Positions 21,003-30,792 of a stretch of DNA of 64,000 nt are shown here, in pieces. Source of the stretch: Promethearchaeia archaeon (GTDB lineage Archaea; Asgardarchaeota; Lokiarchaeia; Sigyniarchaeales; SOKP01); NCBI GenBank assembly GCA_046483985.1, contig JAWOCD010000006.1, positions 40,779 to 104,778 on the forward strand, written 5' to 3'. The notes below the pieces were generated by a model. It was not told the origin of the DNA. It saw nothing but the letters and a program-made list of their open reading frames with translations, and did no database searches. A program made the position numbers and the translations under genes. The first letter of the stretch is position 1; each line of letters starts with the position of its first letter.

Positions 21003-21980
21003 TTACTCATTAGGGTTAATCATCAATTTAAAGGTGGATTTTTGATTGAGCGTGGTTTCTGTCGGGTTAGCGGGGATAAGTTTTATCAATGGATATCGAA
21101 AGGCTAAAAATAAGGAAATACCCCTTAGCCTTTTATTATCGAGGTAAAGCGGTAAGTTTTTGAATTTATAAAAGTAAAAATTATTATACCCTCCATTTAT
21201 ATGACCAACTTCCTTTGTTCCTAAATATATTGGGCTATGTAAATATTCGTTATCAAATTTTCGATTGAAAAGAGCAATCCCCTTTTCATAAATAGGAAAT
21301 CCACCATCTAAGATACATTTATCCTCTTTTAGGTGGCCAGAAAGACCAAATATGCCACTAAATTGAGTATAAAAGCGAGTGGATGCTTTTGCTAAATAAT
21401 ATTGTGAATATATTGACTCAATTTTTACAGGAATAGGTAGAGGTGTATAATTATGATTATTTTCTTCCTTTTCATGGAGCTTAAACGACAAGTGAGATAA
21501 ATTGAGGGGAATTTCCACCCCTCCTCGAGCACGGAAAGGATTTTCTTTCCTTCGAATTTCCAAATGTATGTGGGGGCTCGACCACGGGGCAAAATACCCA
21601 TTTTTAATCGTCGTTCCCAATTCATCTCCAGTATTAACGAAGGTTCCTTTCTTAACCTTTGGTTTAACATGAAGAATTTTATATATAATCTCTGGGTCCT
21701 TTGTATTTTTTATAAGAATTACATATTCATTAGAAATCCCTCCTTCGAATCCAGGAGTTGGTGCCTTCAAGATCCTTGTATCTATGACTTCCCCGGTAAC
21801 AGGACTAAAAGCTGTAAAGTTTTTTAGAGAAAGATCCTGATAGATATCGAGAGCAACGCCATGTTGGTGAGCATGATAAGGGGATGTTGCAAAACTAAAA
21901 TAACTAATTCCTTGTAGAGAAATCTGTAAAGTATCACTTTTTATCAATGTAACAAAATTTGAACATTTCATATCACTCAT
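21003..21980 (-). CDS. Conserved archaeal protein with M23/LytM-like motifs
   Basis: HxxxxALD, SPVTGEV, LHVKP, SPHIHLE. Confidence 0.6.
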   Translation of the reverse strand: MSDMKCSNFVTLIKSDTLQISLQGISYFSFATSPYHAHQHGVALDIYQDLSLKNFTAFSPVTGEVIDTRILKAPTPGFEGGISNEYVILIKNTKDPEIIYKILHVKPKVKKGTFVNTGDELGTTIKNGYFAPWSSPHIHLEIRRKENPFRARGGVEIPLNLSHLSFKLHEKEENNHNYTPLPIPVKIESIYSQYYLAKASTRFYTQFSGIFGLSGHLKEDKCILDGGFPIYEKGIALFNRKFDNEYLHSPIYLGTKEVGHINGGYNNFYFYKFKNLPLYLDNKRLRGISLFLAFRYPLIKLIPANPTETTLNQKSTFKLMINPNE

Positions 21981-22014
21981 CTTATCTTTGTCTGGAAACC
22001 TATTTTAAGCAAAA

Positions 22015-22509
22015 TTATTGTTCAAGAACATATTGACGGATTAAGTCTCTAACTTCCTCCGCCAAACTTTGGTCTAAATTCTGTTTTTTATATTCTTCCT
22101 CCACCCATGTACAATAGGAATTTGGAAAATAAATAGACCTAAGCAAATTGACTGGTTTTCCTTGAAATGTCATATTTACCAATTTGAAGTCAAAGGGAAA
22201 CGCAAAACAATAAAGCGGTTTTATTTCATGGATGGTACATAATCCTTCTTTTTTATCATAATAGTAGCAATGGTTTTTTTTATATAGCCTCAATAAATGG
22301 CACTGTCCAGTTTCATACAACTTAACCCCTCCTAAATCTGCTTCATTATTTAAAAGCAGTTCATAATCACCTTTCAAAAGCGGGATCCGTTCAATATTTC
22401 GAGTGCAACAAGATTTTTTACATTGTAAACATTCAAACTTAGCTTTTCTTTGCAATTCAAGGATCTTTTCTCTGATAATTTTGTATAAAGATGAGTTTTT
22501 TTCTCCCAT
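22015..22509 (-). CDS. YkgJ-family Cys-cluster protein
   Basis: CLQCKKSCC, C..CTIHEIKPLYCFAFPF. Confidence 0.85.
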   Translation of the reverse strand: MGEKNSSLYKIIREKILELQRKAKFECLQCKKSCCTRNIERIPLLKGDYELLLNNEADLGGVKLYETGQCHLLRLYKKNHCYYYDKKEGLCTIHEIKPLYCFAFPFDFKLVNMTFQGKPVNLLRSIYFPNSYCTWVEEEYKKQNLDQSLAEEVRDLIRQYVLEQ

Positions 22510-22744
22510 ACTACCACTTAATACGAATAAATATAAGAAAATTTTAAAATGAATTTATGAAAAAACAAATGCTAAAAGAATAAATCGCATTACCATTTTA
22601 AAGGCGAAAGTTTATAATTTTCTAATTCTTATATAAAATAGCTCATTTAGAGCAATTTAATATTTAACACCAATTTTTGAGATTGGTTCAACTTGGAACA
22701 TTAAAATAACCAATACTCAAAAATTGCAAAATAAATGAATAGAA

Positions 22745-23011
22745 ATGAAAGAAGGTACAGTAAAGTGGTTTGATAGCCGTAAAGGCTACGGTTTTATTAC
22801 TACAGAAGAGGGAGAAGATGTTTTCGTTCATTATTCCGCAATTGAGGGGGATGAAGACGATTTTAAAACCCTCAATGAGAACGATGTTGTTGAATTCGAA
22901 GTCACTGAGGGAGATAAAGGCCCTCAAGCAAACAATGTTGTCGTTGTAGAAAAAGCAAATCCTTATGATCAAGGCGAAGGCGAAGGCGAAAATCGAAGAT
23001 TTCGATTTTAA
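22745..23011 (+). CDS. Cold-shock domain protein
   Basis: GTVKWF, KGYGFI (RNP1), VFVHYSAI (RNP2), GPQA. Confidence 0.96.
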   Translation: MKEGTVKWFDSRKGYGFITTEEGEDVFVHYSAIEGDEDDFKTLNENDVVEFEVTEGDKGPQANNVVVVEKANPYDQGEGEGENRRFRF

Positions 23012-23090
23012 ATTTGTTTTTAATTTTGTAGCAATAACCTATCTGAAGAAATAAATGAATAAGTAGTAAGTAAACTGTTATTGAAACTTA

Positions 23091-23122
23091 TCTTTTTTTT
23101 TAAATTTTTTTTATTTTTTTTT
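23091..23122 (+). terminator. Probable archaeal oligo-T terminator after the cold-shock gene
   Basis: Several T7-T9 runs downstream of the csp stop. Confidence 0.4.
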
Positions 23123-23141
23123 GTTGTAGGTAATATATTTT

Positions 23142-23664
23142 TGTCAGCTCTATCCTATCAGTAATGAAATTCACTAGGTGTCACTATTCTTTAATTAGCA
23201 GGCCGGCGAGGTACACCAAGAACAACTGGCCGTTGTTAATCTCTTGGACCTCAACGGTTTTTCCCGCTAATTTATAATCTATTTTATAATAGTTCCCCTT
23301 ATAGGCCATTGTGCCATTATGGAGTATCTTGCGGGTTTTCCGCTTCCGCTGGGCTTTCACTTGATAGGGATGAGTATAGCCCAGTGGCACTTCAAATTTC
23401 TGAGCTTTATAGGAAATCTCATTGTATGACGTAATTCCTTCACTTCTTCATACAGATTTAGATTGTATAAATAGATATAAATCCCGAAAGCATCTCATAT
23501 TTCTCATTTTTGAAATGTCAAATTTCATTACTGTTCTATAGAACAGTTGTCAAAAGATCGGCGATGAAAAGATTCCGAAGAAGAGAGAATTTACTGACAT
23601 TTTCAATTACTGATCACCGTGGGCAGTAATGATTTAAGTGTCAGGTTTTTAATTACTGATCACA
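23142..23664 (-). mobile_element. Internally deleted IS481/IS21-like relic
   Basis: Fragment RKILHNGTMAYKGNYYKIDYKLAGKTVEV resembles a Mu-like transposase C-terminus. 13-bp IR at 23159-23171/23521-23533; AATTACTGATCAC at 23605 and 23651; TGT...ACA candidate ends. Confidence 0.6.
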
Positions 23665-23735
23665 TTTTTTAGTTCTCATTTCTTTGATCTATACGATTTA
23701 AATTAACTAATTACTTTATTTTTAATAATCCGAGT

Positions 23736-25067
23736 ATGAACCTTGAATTTGCGTCTTCACTCTTAATAATCGAGACCAGCCAATTTATCATTATGATTTT
23801 GGCAACTATAGTTATAACCATAGCTATCCGGAAGAGAAATCAATTACATATTTTATTCTTCGCGTATGCGTTTCTCAGTATTGGATTTCTTTTTTCCGTT
23901 ATTGAATTATTTAATCCCGCTTACGAAATTTTAACTGTCTTATTTTATCTTTTTGCGACTCTTTTTCTGGCCGGAACAATCTTTTATGAATATTATAAGC
24001 TGTTTTTAAGGAATAATTATGATAGAAATACGCTCTATTTAATAGTACTCTTTATTTTAATAAGTTTTTTCAGTTTTTTCAGTCTAAAAGTCCTTATTTT
24101 GGCACTTCTCGTCATTGGTATTACATTGAGTCTAATAATATACTCTAAAAAAGGAACAATTACTTTTGGTTTTTTTAGCGTCTCAATGATCATCGCATTT
24201 GTAAGCATCCTCTCAATTCTCATAGAGAATGCAGGATTTCCATGGGCTTATGAGCTTCGTCAGAGTTTGGGACTATTTTTGGCAGCTTCAATGTTAGGGA
24301 CAGCTTTAGTGGGCATTTTGGAATATCAAATGGAAAAATCAGATATACAGTATCGAAAAATCTATAATAAAGCAGAATTATATAAAGATATATTTATTCA
24401 CGATGTCAGCAATATTCTTCAATCCATTTTAAGCGCAACTGAAATTTGTACATTAAAGATTCCCACCAATATTAGGGAAGAAATAAGAGAGGATTTATTA
24501 CAATTACTTGAAACAATAAAACTGCAAGTAAATAGAGGGTCAGATTTGGTATCCAATATTGAATTGCTTTCAAAGTTAGATTTAAAAAAAATGTCCGTCA
24601 AAGAAATAAACTTAGATGAACAAATACAAATAGCAATTAATAAAGTAAGGGAAGTTTTTTCGCATAAAAATTCAAACATAGAATATCAAATCGAGAATAA
24701 AGAGATATTTGTAAAAGCAAATGAGGCTCTTTCTGAACTCTTTTACAATATTCTAAGTAATTGCTTTATCCATAACAAGAATCCAGAAGCCCAAATTGAG
24801 ATTCAAGTGTCTAAGATATCAAAAAGTGGTGAGCATTACGTTACCATTAAAATTTCAGACAACAGCATCGGAATTAATGATGTTTTTATAAAGGAGATTG
24901 ATCGGATTAAATATAACGTAATTAATAGGGATATGCGCTTAGGATTAGGATTAATTTTTGTTTTTAAATTATTATCTTATTACGGAGGTCACGTTAAAAT
25001 AGAAAATCGGGAAAAAGGGGGAAATATCGAAGGAATTGAGTTTTTTATTTCCCTTTTAGAAGCATAA
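23736..25067 (+). CDS. Multi-TM sensor histidine kinase
   Basis: About 7 TM segments, H-box FIHDVSNILQSI, N-box NILSNCFIHN, ISDNSIGI, GLGL. Confidence 0.88.
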   Translation: MNLEFASSLLIIETSQFIIMILATIVITIAIRKRNQLHILFFAYAFLSIGFLFSVIELFNPAYEILTVLFYLFATLFLAGTIFYEYYKLFLRNNYDRNTLYLIVLFILISFFSFFSLKVLILALLVIGITLSLIIYSKKGTITFGFFSVSMIIAFVSILSILIENAGFPWAYELRQSLGLFLAASMLGTALVGILEYQMEKSDIQYRKIYNKAELYKDIFIHDVSNILQSILSATEICTLKIPTNIREEIREDLLQLLETIKLQVNRGSDLVSNIELLSKLDLKKMSVKEINLDEQIQIAINKVREVFSHKNSNIEYQIENKEIFVKANEALSELFYNILSNCFIHNKNPEAQIEIQVSKISKSGEHYVTIKISDNSIGINDVFIKEIDRIKYNVINRDMRLGLGLIFVFKLLSYYGGHVKIENREKGGNIEGIEFFISLLEA

Positions 25068-25068
25068 A

Positions 25069-25111
25069 TTGATCAACATTTTAACATCTTGATCAACATT
25101 TTAACATCTTG
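25069..25111. repeat. 20-bp perfect tandem duplication
   Basis: TTGATCAACATTTTAACATC x2 plus TTG, between convergent stops. Confidence 0.9.
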
Positions 25112-25113
25112 GT

Positions 25114-27096
25114 TTACTTTTTATGTAGCTTTTTTCGGAAGTCTTTAAAGAATCCCAATGATTCTGGATTGCGAAGGGCATTCCGGTTTTCTATGGGTTT
25201 TCCGTCTAATATTTTTGAGACTGCTACTTCAACCTTCTTATCACTATGCGTATATGGTAAATCTGCCGCTTCTGCTATTATATCTGGAACATGGCGCGGA
25301 GAGCCTCGTGCTCGGAGGGTGTTTTTCATTTTTTCTTTCAGTCGTTCATTTAAAACGTAATCTTCCTTTAATTTCACAAAAAGAAGGATTTCAACATCTT
25401 CATCTAACCTATGTCCAACTGCTAAACTATCATCCACTTCAGGGAAATTTTCAATTATGTTGTATATTTCTGATGTTCCAATTCGAACACCTGATGGTTT
25501 AAGAACTGAATCAGAGCGCCCCCAAAAGGTAATTCCTCCATTATCACTATGAAAGACCACATAATCTCCATGTCTCCACACATTTTTTCCCAAACCTTTG
25601 TAAAAATTAAAATAGGTTTCCTTATATTTCGACATTTTTTCATCATCACCCCAGAAATAGATGGGCATTGATGGTGTTGGCGTTTCACACACTAATTCCG
25701 CACGCTCATCAAGAACGGGTTCTGCATTTTCATTATATGCTTTAATTTCCATTCCTAAGGCTGGGCCTTGAATTTCCCCAGAATAAACGGGCTTAATCGG
25801 AACAGCTGCAGCAAAACATCCGTTTATATCTGTACCTCCAGAGATTGAGTTAAAAAATAAGTCTTTTTTAATATCCGTATAGATATATTCAAATCCTTCT
25901 GGGCTGAGAGGACTTGCTGTTTGTGAGATTTCTCTTAGAGAGGTTAGATTAAACTCTTCTTTCGGGGACACCTTTAACCCTTTTAAATGATGGATATAAG
26001 ATGCACTAGTTCCAAAAATAGAGATTCCATACTTTTCTATTAAACTAAACATAGTCTTCCAATCAGGGTAAAAAGGATTTCCATCATATAAAAGTATAGT
26101 TGCGCCAATCCCTAATGAACTCATTAACCAGTTCCACATCATCCATGAAGGAGCCGTAATATAATTAATAATGTCGTCTCTTTTTAGATCTGTATGAAAT
26201 TTAAGTTCCTTCAAATGATTAATCAATACGCCTCCCGCACTCTGAACCATACATTTTGGTTTTCCAGTTGTTCCCGATGAGAACATAATATAGACAGGAT
26301 GATTGAAGGGTAATTGTTTAAAGTTTATTTGAATATCAGATTTATCTGAGAGAAAATCGTCCCAATGGACCGAATTTCTAATATCATCAATTTTTGGATG
26401 ATCAGAAATGTAAGAGCAAACGATTACCTCCTCAACGGAAGTAAGACTTTCGACTACTTTTTTCGCTTTAGAAATAGTATCAAATTCTTTCCCTCTATAA
26501 AAATAGCCATCTACAGTGAAGATAATTTTTGGATCAATTTGTTCAAATCGATCTAAGACAGCACGAGGACCTAATTCCGTTCCACAAGAGCTCCAGATAG
26601 CCCCAATACTTGTCGTAGCGAGCATCGCAACAGCCGTTTCAATTAAGTTTGGCATATAAGCTGCAACCACATCTCCGGGTTTAACTCCTAAGTCTTTCAG
26701 AGATTGAGATAAACGCGCAACTTCTTGATGGAGTTGGGCATACGTCATTTTTTTAGTAATCTTATCTTCACCTTGAAAAATAAATGCCAATTGATCATCA
26801 TTATAACGTAACAAGTTCTCCGCAAAGTTCAATTTGGCCCCAATAAACCACTGAGCACCTGGAAATTTTTCTATATCATCGATAAGCCGTTCATAAGACT
26901 CAGAAGCAATAATATCTAGGTATTCCCATGTGGCCTCCCAAAACTCAGAAATGTGTCCTATAGACCACAAATATAATTCGTCATAAGTTTTAATAACTAA
27001 TCCGTACTTTTCGCTTATAAATTCTATAAATTTTAAAATTTCTGATTGGTTAATCCATTCCTCAGAAGGTTTCCATAAAAGTTTTCTCACAGACAT
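25114..27096 (-). CDS. Acetoacetate-CoA ligase
   Basis: LNFAENLL, MFSSGTTGKPKC, SISGGTDI, WRHGD, GVRIGTSEIY. Confidence 0.93.
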   Translation of the reverse strand: MSVRKLLWKPSEEWINQSEILKFIEFISEKYGLVIKTYDELYLWSIGHISEFWEATWEYLDIIASESYERLIDDIEKFPGAQWFIGAKLNFAENLLRYNDDQLAFIFQGEDKITKKMTYAQLHQEVARLSQSLKDLGVKPGDVVAAYMPNLIETAVAMLATTSIGAIWSSCGTELGPRAVLDRFEQIDPKIIFTVDGYFYRGKEFDTISKAKKVVESLTSVEEVIVCSYISDHPKIDDIRNSVHWDDFLSDKSDIQINFKQLPFNHPVYIMFSSGTTGKPKCMVQSAGGVLINHLKELKFHTDLKRDDIINYITAPSWMMWNWLMSSLGIGATILLYDGNPFYPDWKTMFSLIEKYGISIFGTSASYIHHLKGLKVSPKEEFNLTSLREISQTASPLSPEGFEYIYTDIKKDLFFNSISGGTDINGCFAAAVPIKPVYSGEIQGPALGMEIKAYNENAEPVLDERAELVCETPTPSMPIYFWGDDEKMSKYKETYFNFYKGLGKNVWRHGDYVVFHSDNGGITFWGRSDSVLKPSGVRIGTSEIYNIIENFPEVDDSLAVGHRLDEDVEILLFVKLKEDYVLNERLKEKMKNTLRARGSPRHVPDIIAEAADLPYTHSDKKVEVAVSKILDGKPIENRNALRNPESLGFFKDFRKKLHKK

Positions 27097-27162
27097 TTAT
27101 TTATTCCTCCTCATTATTCATAAATTGTATTCTCTCGATTTTAAAGAGAGCAATTTCATGGT

Positions 27163-27295
27163 TTTATCAAGTTCGTATCCCATTCTATTCACTTGGTTAC
27201 TAAGATAATACCAACCAAATATAAAAATGTTTGTATAATATACGAAATTCATCCCCACCCTAAAGGGATGGGGACTTCTTTCGCAGATCGTTAAA
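27163..27295 (-). repeat. Second copy of IS200/IS605 left end with the first tnpA codons
   Basis: Near-identical to 29895-30028 (2 substitutions, 1 indel), including the hairpin ccccatccctttagggtgggg. Confidence 0.9.
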
Positions 27296-27556
27296 TTAAG
27301 AATTGAGCTTTTATATAATTTTGAAATATTTTTTATTTATATTTTTAAAACTTATCCTCGCATGATTTCCTCAAATCTAAGGGAAGAATAAAAATAAATA
27401 AGGGGTTTTTAAAAATCTGTATAGAAGAATAGATAAATGATAACTGAAAGTAAAGGGGATTAGCAAAATTAAAAATTATCCAGAAACTTCGATGAATTTG
27501 TTTTCCTATTAAATAATACTATCTTATTACATAAAAAAATCAATTTAAAATGAATT

Positions 27557-28438
27557 ATGAAAATACTCGATATATTGGATTTGAAATATGAAGCAGGACC
27601 CTTTCTTCTTCGAGCAATTTTGGACAGATATTTAATTTTATTTACATATTCGAAGACGTCCAGAAAGGAGATGGAAGATTTATTATTAAGTGTTGAGAGA
27701 CTCTTAAATTTTAGAGAAGTTTTTTATTACAATAAAACTCATTTAACAAAGAAAAATATACAAGATGCGGCTGATATTAGAGCATTAATTGAAGCTCAAA
27801 TGGAAGAAAAAACTCACACTTTCACAATTCTCGGAGAGATCCAAAATCCACGGAGCTTCATCAAAAAATTCTATAATCATGAAAGTTCCATACCTGAACT
27901 TTTATTATTAAAAGGATGGATTTTATTATGTAGTGGAAGAAAATCTGAAGATTTTATTTCTCTCTTAAAGGAAAGAGGGTTTACCTACCTATTGGTAGAT
28001 TTTGATAACTTGTTAATAGATTTAGAGAATTCAAAAGGTTTGAATGGAAACGATCTTTCCTTCGAAAGGTTTATTCTATCTTCAATGCATAATTCTTTGG
28101 ATGAACTAAATCTTGTATATAATGTAATAAGAGATGAGAGCCTTAAGTTTAAGATATCATCGAATCATCTATCAGAAATTATTGAGGTACAAAATTCTGA
28201 AAGATTTACTAAGGCTCAAACCTTACAGATGCATTTTTTCCAATTACATATTGCTGCATTAAAATTCTATAAGGTTTTTTGTTCCATAAGTAACATAAAA
28301 AACTTAAGTATAAGGGAAGTTGAGATTCAAAACTCAATTGTTCTTGAACATATTAAAAGATTAGAAAGACCTAAAGAAATCTCAACCGAAAGAATAAAAA
28401 CATACATAAAAAACAACTTCAATATGGAAATCAAATGA
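27557..28438 (+). CDS. Hypothetical protein, possibly DENN-like
   Basis: Paralog of the next ORF; pattern LLRAILDRYLILF..LLNFR..KGWILL..LLVDFD. Confidence 0.6.
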   Translation: MKILDILDLKYEAGPFLLRAILDRYLILFTYSKTSRKEMEDLLLSVERLLNFREVFYYNKTHLTKKNIQDAADIRALIEAQMEEKTHTFTILGEIQNPRSFIKKFYNHESSIPELLLLKGWILLCSGRKSEDFISLLKERGFTYLLVDFDNLLIDLENSKGLNGNDLSFERFILSSMHNSLDELNLVYNVIRDESLKFKISSNHLSEIIEVQNSERFTKAQTLQMHFFQLHIAALKFYKVFCSISNIKNLSIREVEIQNSIVLEHIKRLERPKEISTERIKTYIKNNFNMEIK

Positions 28439-28466
28439 TTCATTCAAAATCAGAAAAGTAATCAAA

Positions 28467-29438
28467 ATGGAAAATTATTCTGAAGTATCAATCCAAGATT
28501 TAAATTTAAGAGACGCTGCAAGGTACCTCTATTGCTTGGTTAATCGGATACCCATTTTTAATATCTTAAAACTGGATTCCGGGAGATTGGATCCCTTAGA
28601 TTTGATTCAATTCAGAAATAAAAAAATATTTGGACTCAATTTTTATAAAACCAGTGAATTTAAGAAAAGATTACATAATGAAAAAGAAGTTGCCTATTAT
28701 ACAAGATGTATTTTTTATTGTCATGAGGAAAATGTTAGAGAATGGATTAAATTTATTAAGGAATTAATACAAAGCATCAAACTAAGAAAAAATAGAAAAT
28801 TAAAAGATAAAGAATCCAAAACTTCAAAATTAACAAGAGAGGACCTATTAAGGGGGTGGGTAATTGATATTTCAGCAGAGTACTACAACGAGATTAAAAA
28901 AACTATTACGTGTCTGTTTCCAAAATATCTTATTTTTCACACAATGACAAAAGAAGTTACAATAAAAGGCTTTTCGTCCAGTTTTAAGAAGAAAATCTCA
29001 TTTGAAAGGGAACTCATAAATGAAATATATCAAAACAAAAAAGTCGAGAAAAAAACCCAGAAATTGATTAATTCGATTTTACCAAGAAAATTGCGAAAAG
29101 ACCAATTGATTTCATTCATCTCTTCCCAGCTTACAAAAGAATTAGAAGAGATTGAAATAAAGTCCAAAATTTCAAATTTGTATAATGCTTCTCGGAAAGC
29201 TTATCTTCTCATATCTAAGCTGGCTCAATTGCATAAAATTAATCCCAAAAGAAAAATTCCCAAAATTTCGGTAATTACATTAAAAAATTATTTAAATCTA
29301 AAGTCTGAAAGGGGAAATAACATATATGTAAACAGGATTCTTGATTTCATCAACGGGGAATGGGGTTTTAATTTAAACGAATATATTAGTTATAAACGGT
29401 CTTCACGAGCAGCAGATATGATATCAGATATGTTTTAA
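28467..29438 (+). CDS. Hypothetical protein, paralog of 27557-28438
   Basis: Shared LxxFR, LL(K/R)GW and SFER motifs. Confidence 0.6.
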   Translation: MENYSEVSIQDLNLRDAARYLYCLVNRIPIFNILKLDSGRLDPLDLIQFRNKKIFGLNFYKTSEFKKRLHNEKEVAYYTRCIFYCHEENVREWIKFIKELIQSIKLRKNRKLKDKESKTSKLTREDLLRGWVIDISAEYYNEIKKTITCLFPKYLIFHTMTKEVTIKGFSSSFKKKISFERELINEIYQNKKVEKKTQKLINSILPRKLRKDQLISFISSQLTKELEEIEIKSKISNLYNASRKAYLLISKLAQLHKINPKRKIPKISVITLKNYLNLKSERGNNIYVNRILDFINGEWGFNLNEYISYKRSSRAADMISDMF

Positions 29439-29503
29439 CTATTCCAAAGTACTTGTAATTGTTCTTCCGTAGGATATATCCGAGTTTTTTGACTTAATTG
29501 CAC
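29435..29503 (-). pseudogene. tnpB: tnpB 5' stub
   Basis: GTG start, VQLSQKTRIYPTEEQLQVLWNS* (OrfB HTH start), 3 nt after the tnpA stop. Confidence 0.75.
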
Positions 29504-29506
29504 TTT

Positions 29507-29915
29507 CTATTCACCTTGTGATTCAACATATTTTTTCAATTGATCTAATGTAACTTGACCGGTCGTAACCAAGAGATAACTCGGAGACCATAAATGCCCA
29601 TCCATTAATTTTTCTTTTATCTCTGGAAATTCTTGAAAAAGGTATCGTGAAGAGACTCCTTTCAACGAATTGATGATTTTTGTAAGGTGGGTCGTTGGTT
29701 TCGTTTTGAATATAATGTGTATGTGTTCAAGATCGGTTTCTTGGTTAAGAATTTTAATCTCATTTTTTTCCGCTAACGATATATTAATTTCTTTTAATCT
29801 ATTGATTATTTCATCGGTATCGAATATCTTTCTTCGATTTTTTACACAACAGATGTAATGGTAGTTTATTTAATGAATACACCGAATGAGCACCTTTATC
29901 AAGTTCGTATCCCAT
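29507..29915 (-). pseudogene. tnpA: IS200/IS605 Y1 transposase, frameshifted
   Basis: MGYELDKGAHSVYSL/NYHYICCVKNRRKIF..EHIHI..SLKGVSSR..LWSPSY..KKYVESQ; a 4-bp duplication at 29865-29872 breaks the frame. Confidence 0.92.
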
Positions 29916-30103
29916 ACTATTTCACTTGGTTACTAAGATAATACCAACCAAATATAAAAATGTTTGTATAATATACGAAATTCATCCCCACCCTAAAGGG
30001 ATGGGGACTTCTTTCGCTGATCGTTAAAGGGGGTAAGATATAATGAAAAATTATGAAAATATATCAGTAAAGGAATTAAAAAAAAGAAAAGGAAAATTAG
30101 AAA

Positions 30104-30679
30104 TTAAGAATGAAGTTTTTTTAATGTCCATGCAATATTTTTGCCTAGAGTTTTAAAAGTCTCAAGCCCTTCATCATCCTTTTTTACGTCGCCAGGTTCT
30201 TTCCCATAACCTAAGTTCCAATAGCTTGACCCTACAACGATCATCTCGGCGATGAGAAAGAAATAGTTAAGTGTTTCAAACACATGAGCTCCACCACCCC
30301 TTCGGACAGAGACAACAGCAGCTCCTACCTTTCTCTTTAAAGAATCATCATTTGCCCTGCATACATAACCCGCCCGTTCAATTAATGCCTTCATAGGTGT
30401 ACTTACATCAGCAAAATAGGTTGGAGAGCCAAGAATAATACCGTCAGATTCCAGCATTTTCTTTATGTATAGATTCATTTCGTCGCTTTCTAAAACGCAC
30501 TTTTTGTCTTTATTCTTCCCACAAGCTCCACAAGCAGTACATCCTTGGAGATTTTTTTGACCAATCCAAATGTATTCGCAATCAATACTTTCTGATTCCA
30601 ACTCATTCATAATTAGATTGAGCGAATAAGTGGTATTGCCTTCTTTCCTCTGACTACCATTAAATAAAACCACTTTCAT
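30104..30679 (-). CDS. Iron-sulfur flavoprotein (multimeric flavodoxin/Isf family)
   Basis: GSQRKEGNT, CTACGAC..C, LGSPTYF, RRGG. Confidence 0.9.
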   Translation of the reverse strand: MKVVLFNGSQRKEGNTTYSLNLIMNELESESIDCEYIWIGQKNLQGCTACGACGKNKDKKCVLESDEMNLYIKKMLESDGIILGSPTYFADVSTPMKALIERAGYVCRANDDSLKRKVGAAVVSVRRGGGAHVFETLNYFFLIAEMIVVGSSYWNLGYGKEPGDVKKDDEGLETFKTLGKNIAWTLKKLHS

Positions 30680-30792
30680 AGTATGGAGAGTAATTGTTCT
30701 TCTCTAATATTTTTTAATTTTAATCCCCATGAATTTATTGAATAATTGTTTTTAATTATATAAAGAATAGTAAAATTTGGTTCAATTTATTT

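Larger units (their letters stand above)
29435..30028 (-). mobile_element. Truncated IS200/IS605 element (LE-tnpA-tnpB')
   Basis: Left-end hairpin at about 29983-30007, then tnpA and the tnpB stub in the same orientation. Confidence 0.85.

Noticed and set aside
29670-29858. 62-aa plus-strand ORF
   Set aside because: Antisense shadow of the tnpA pseudogene.
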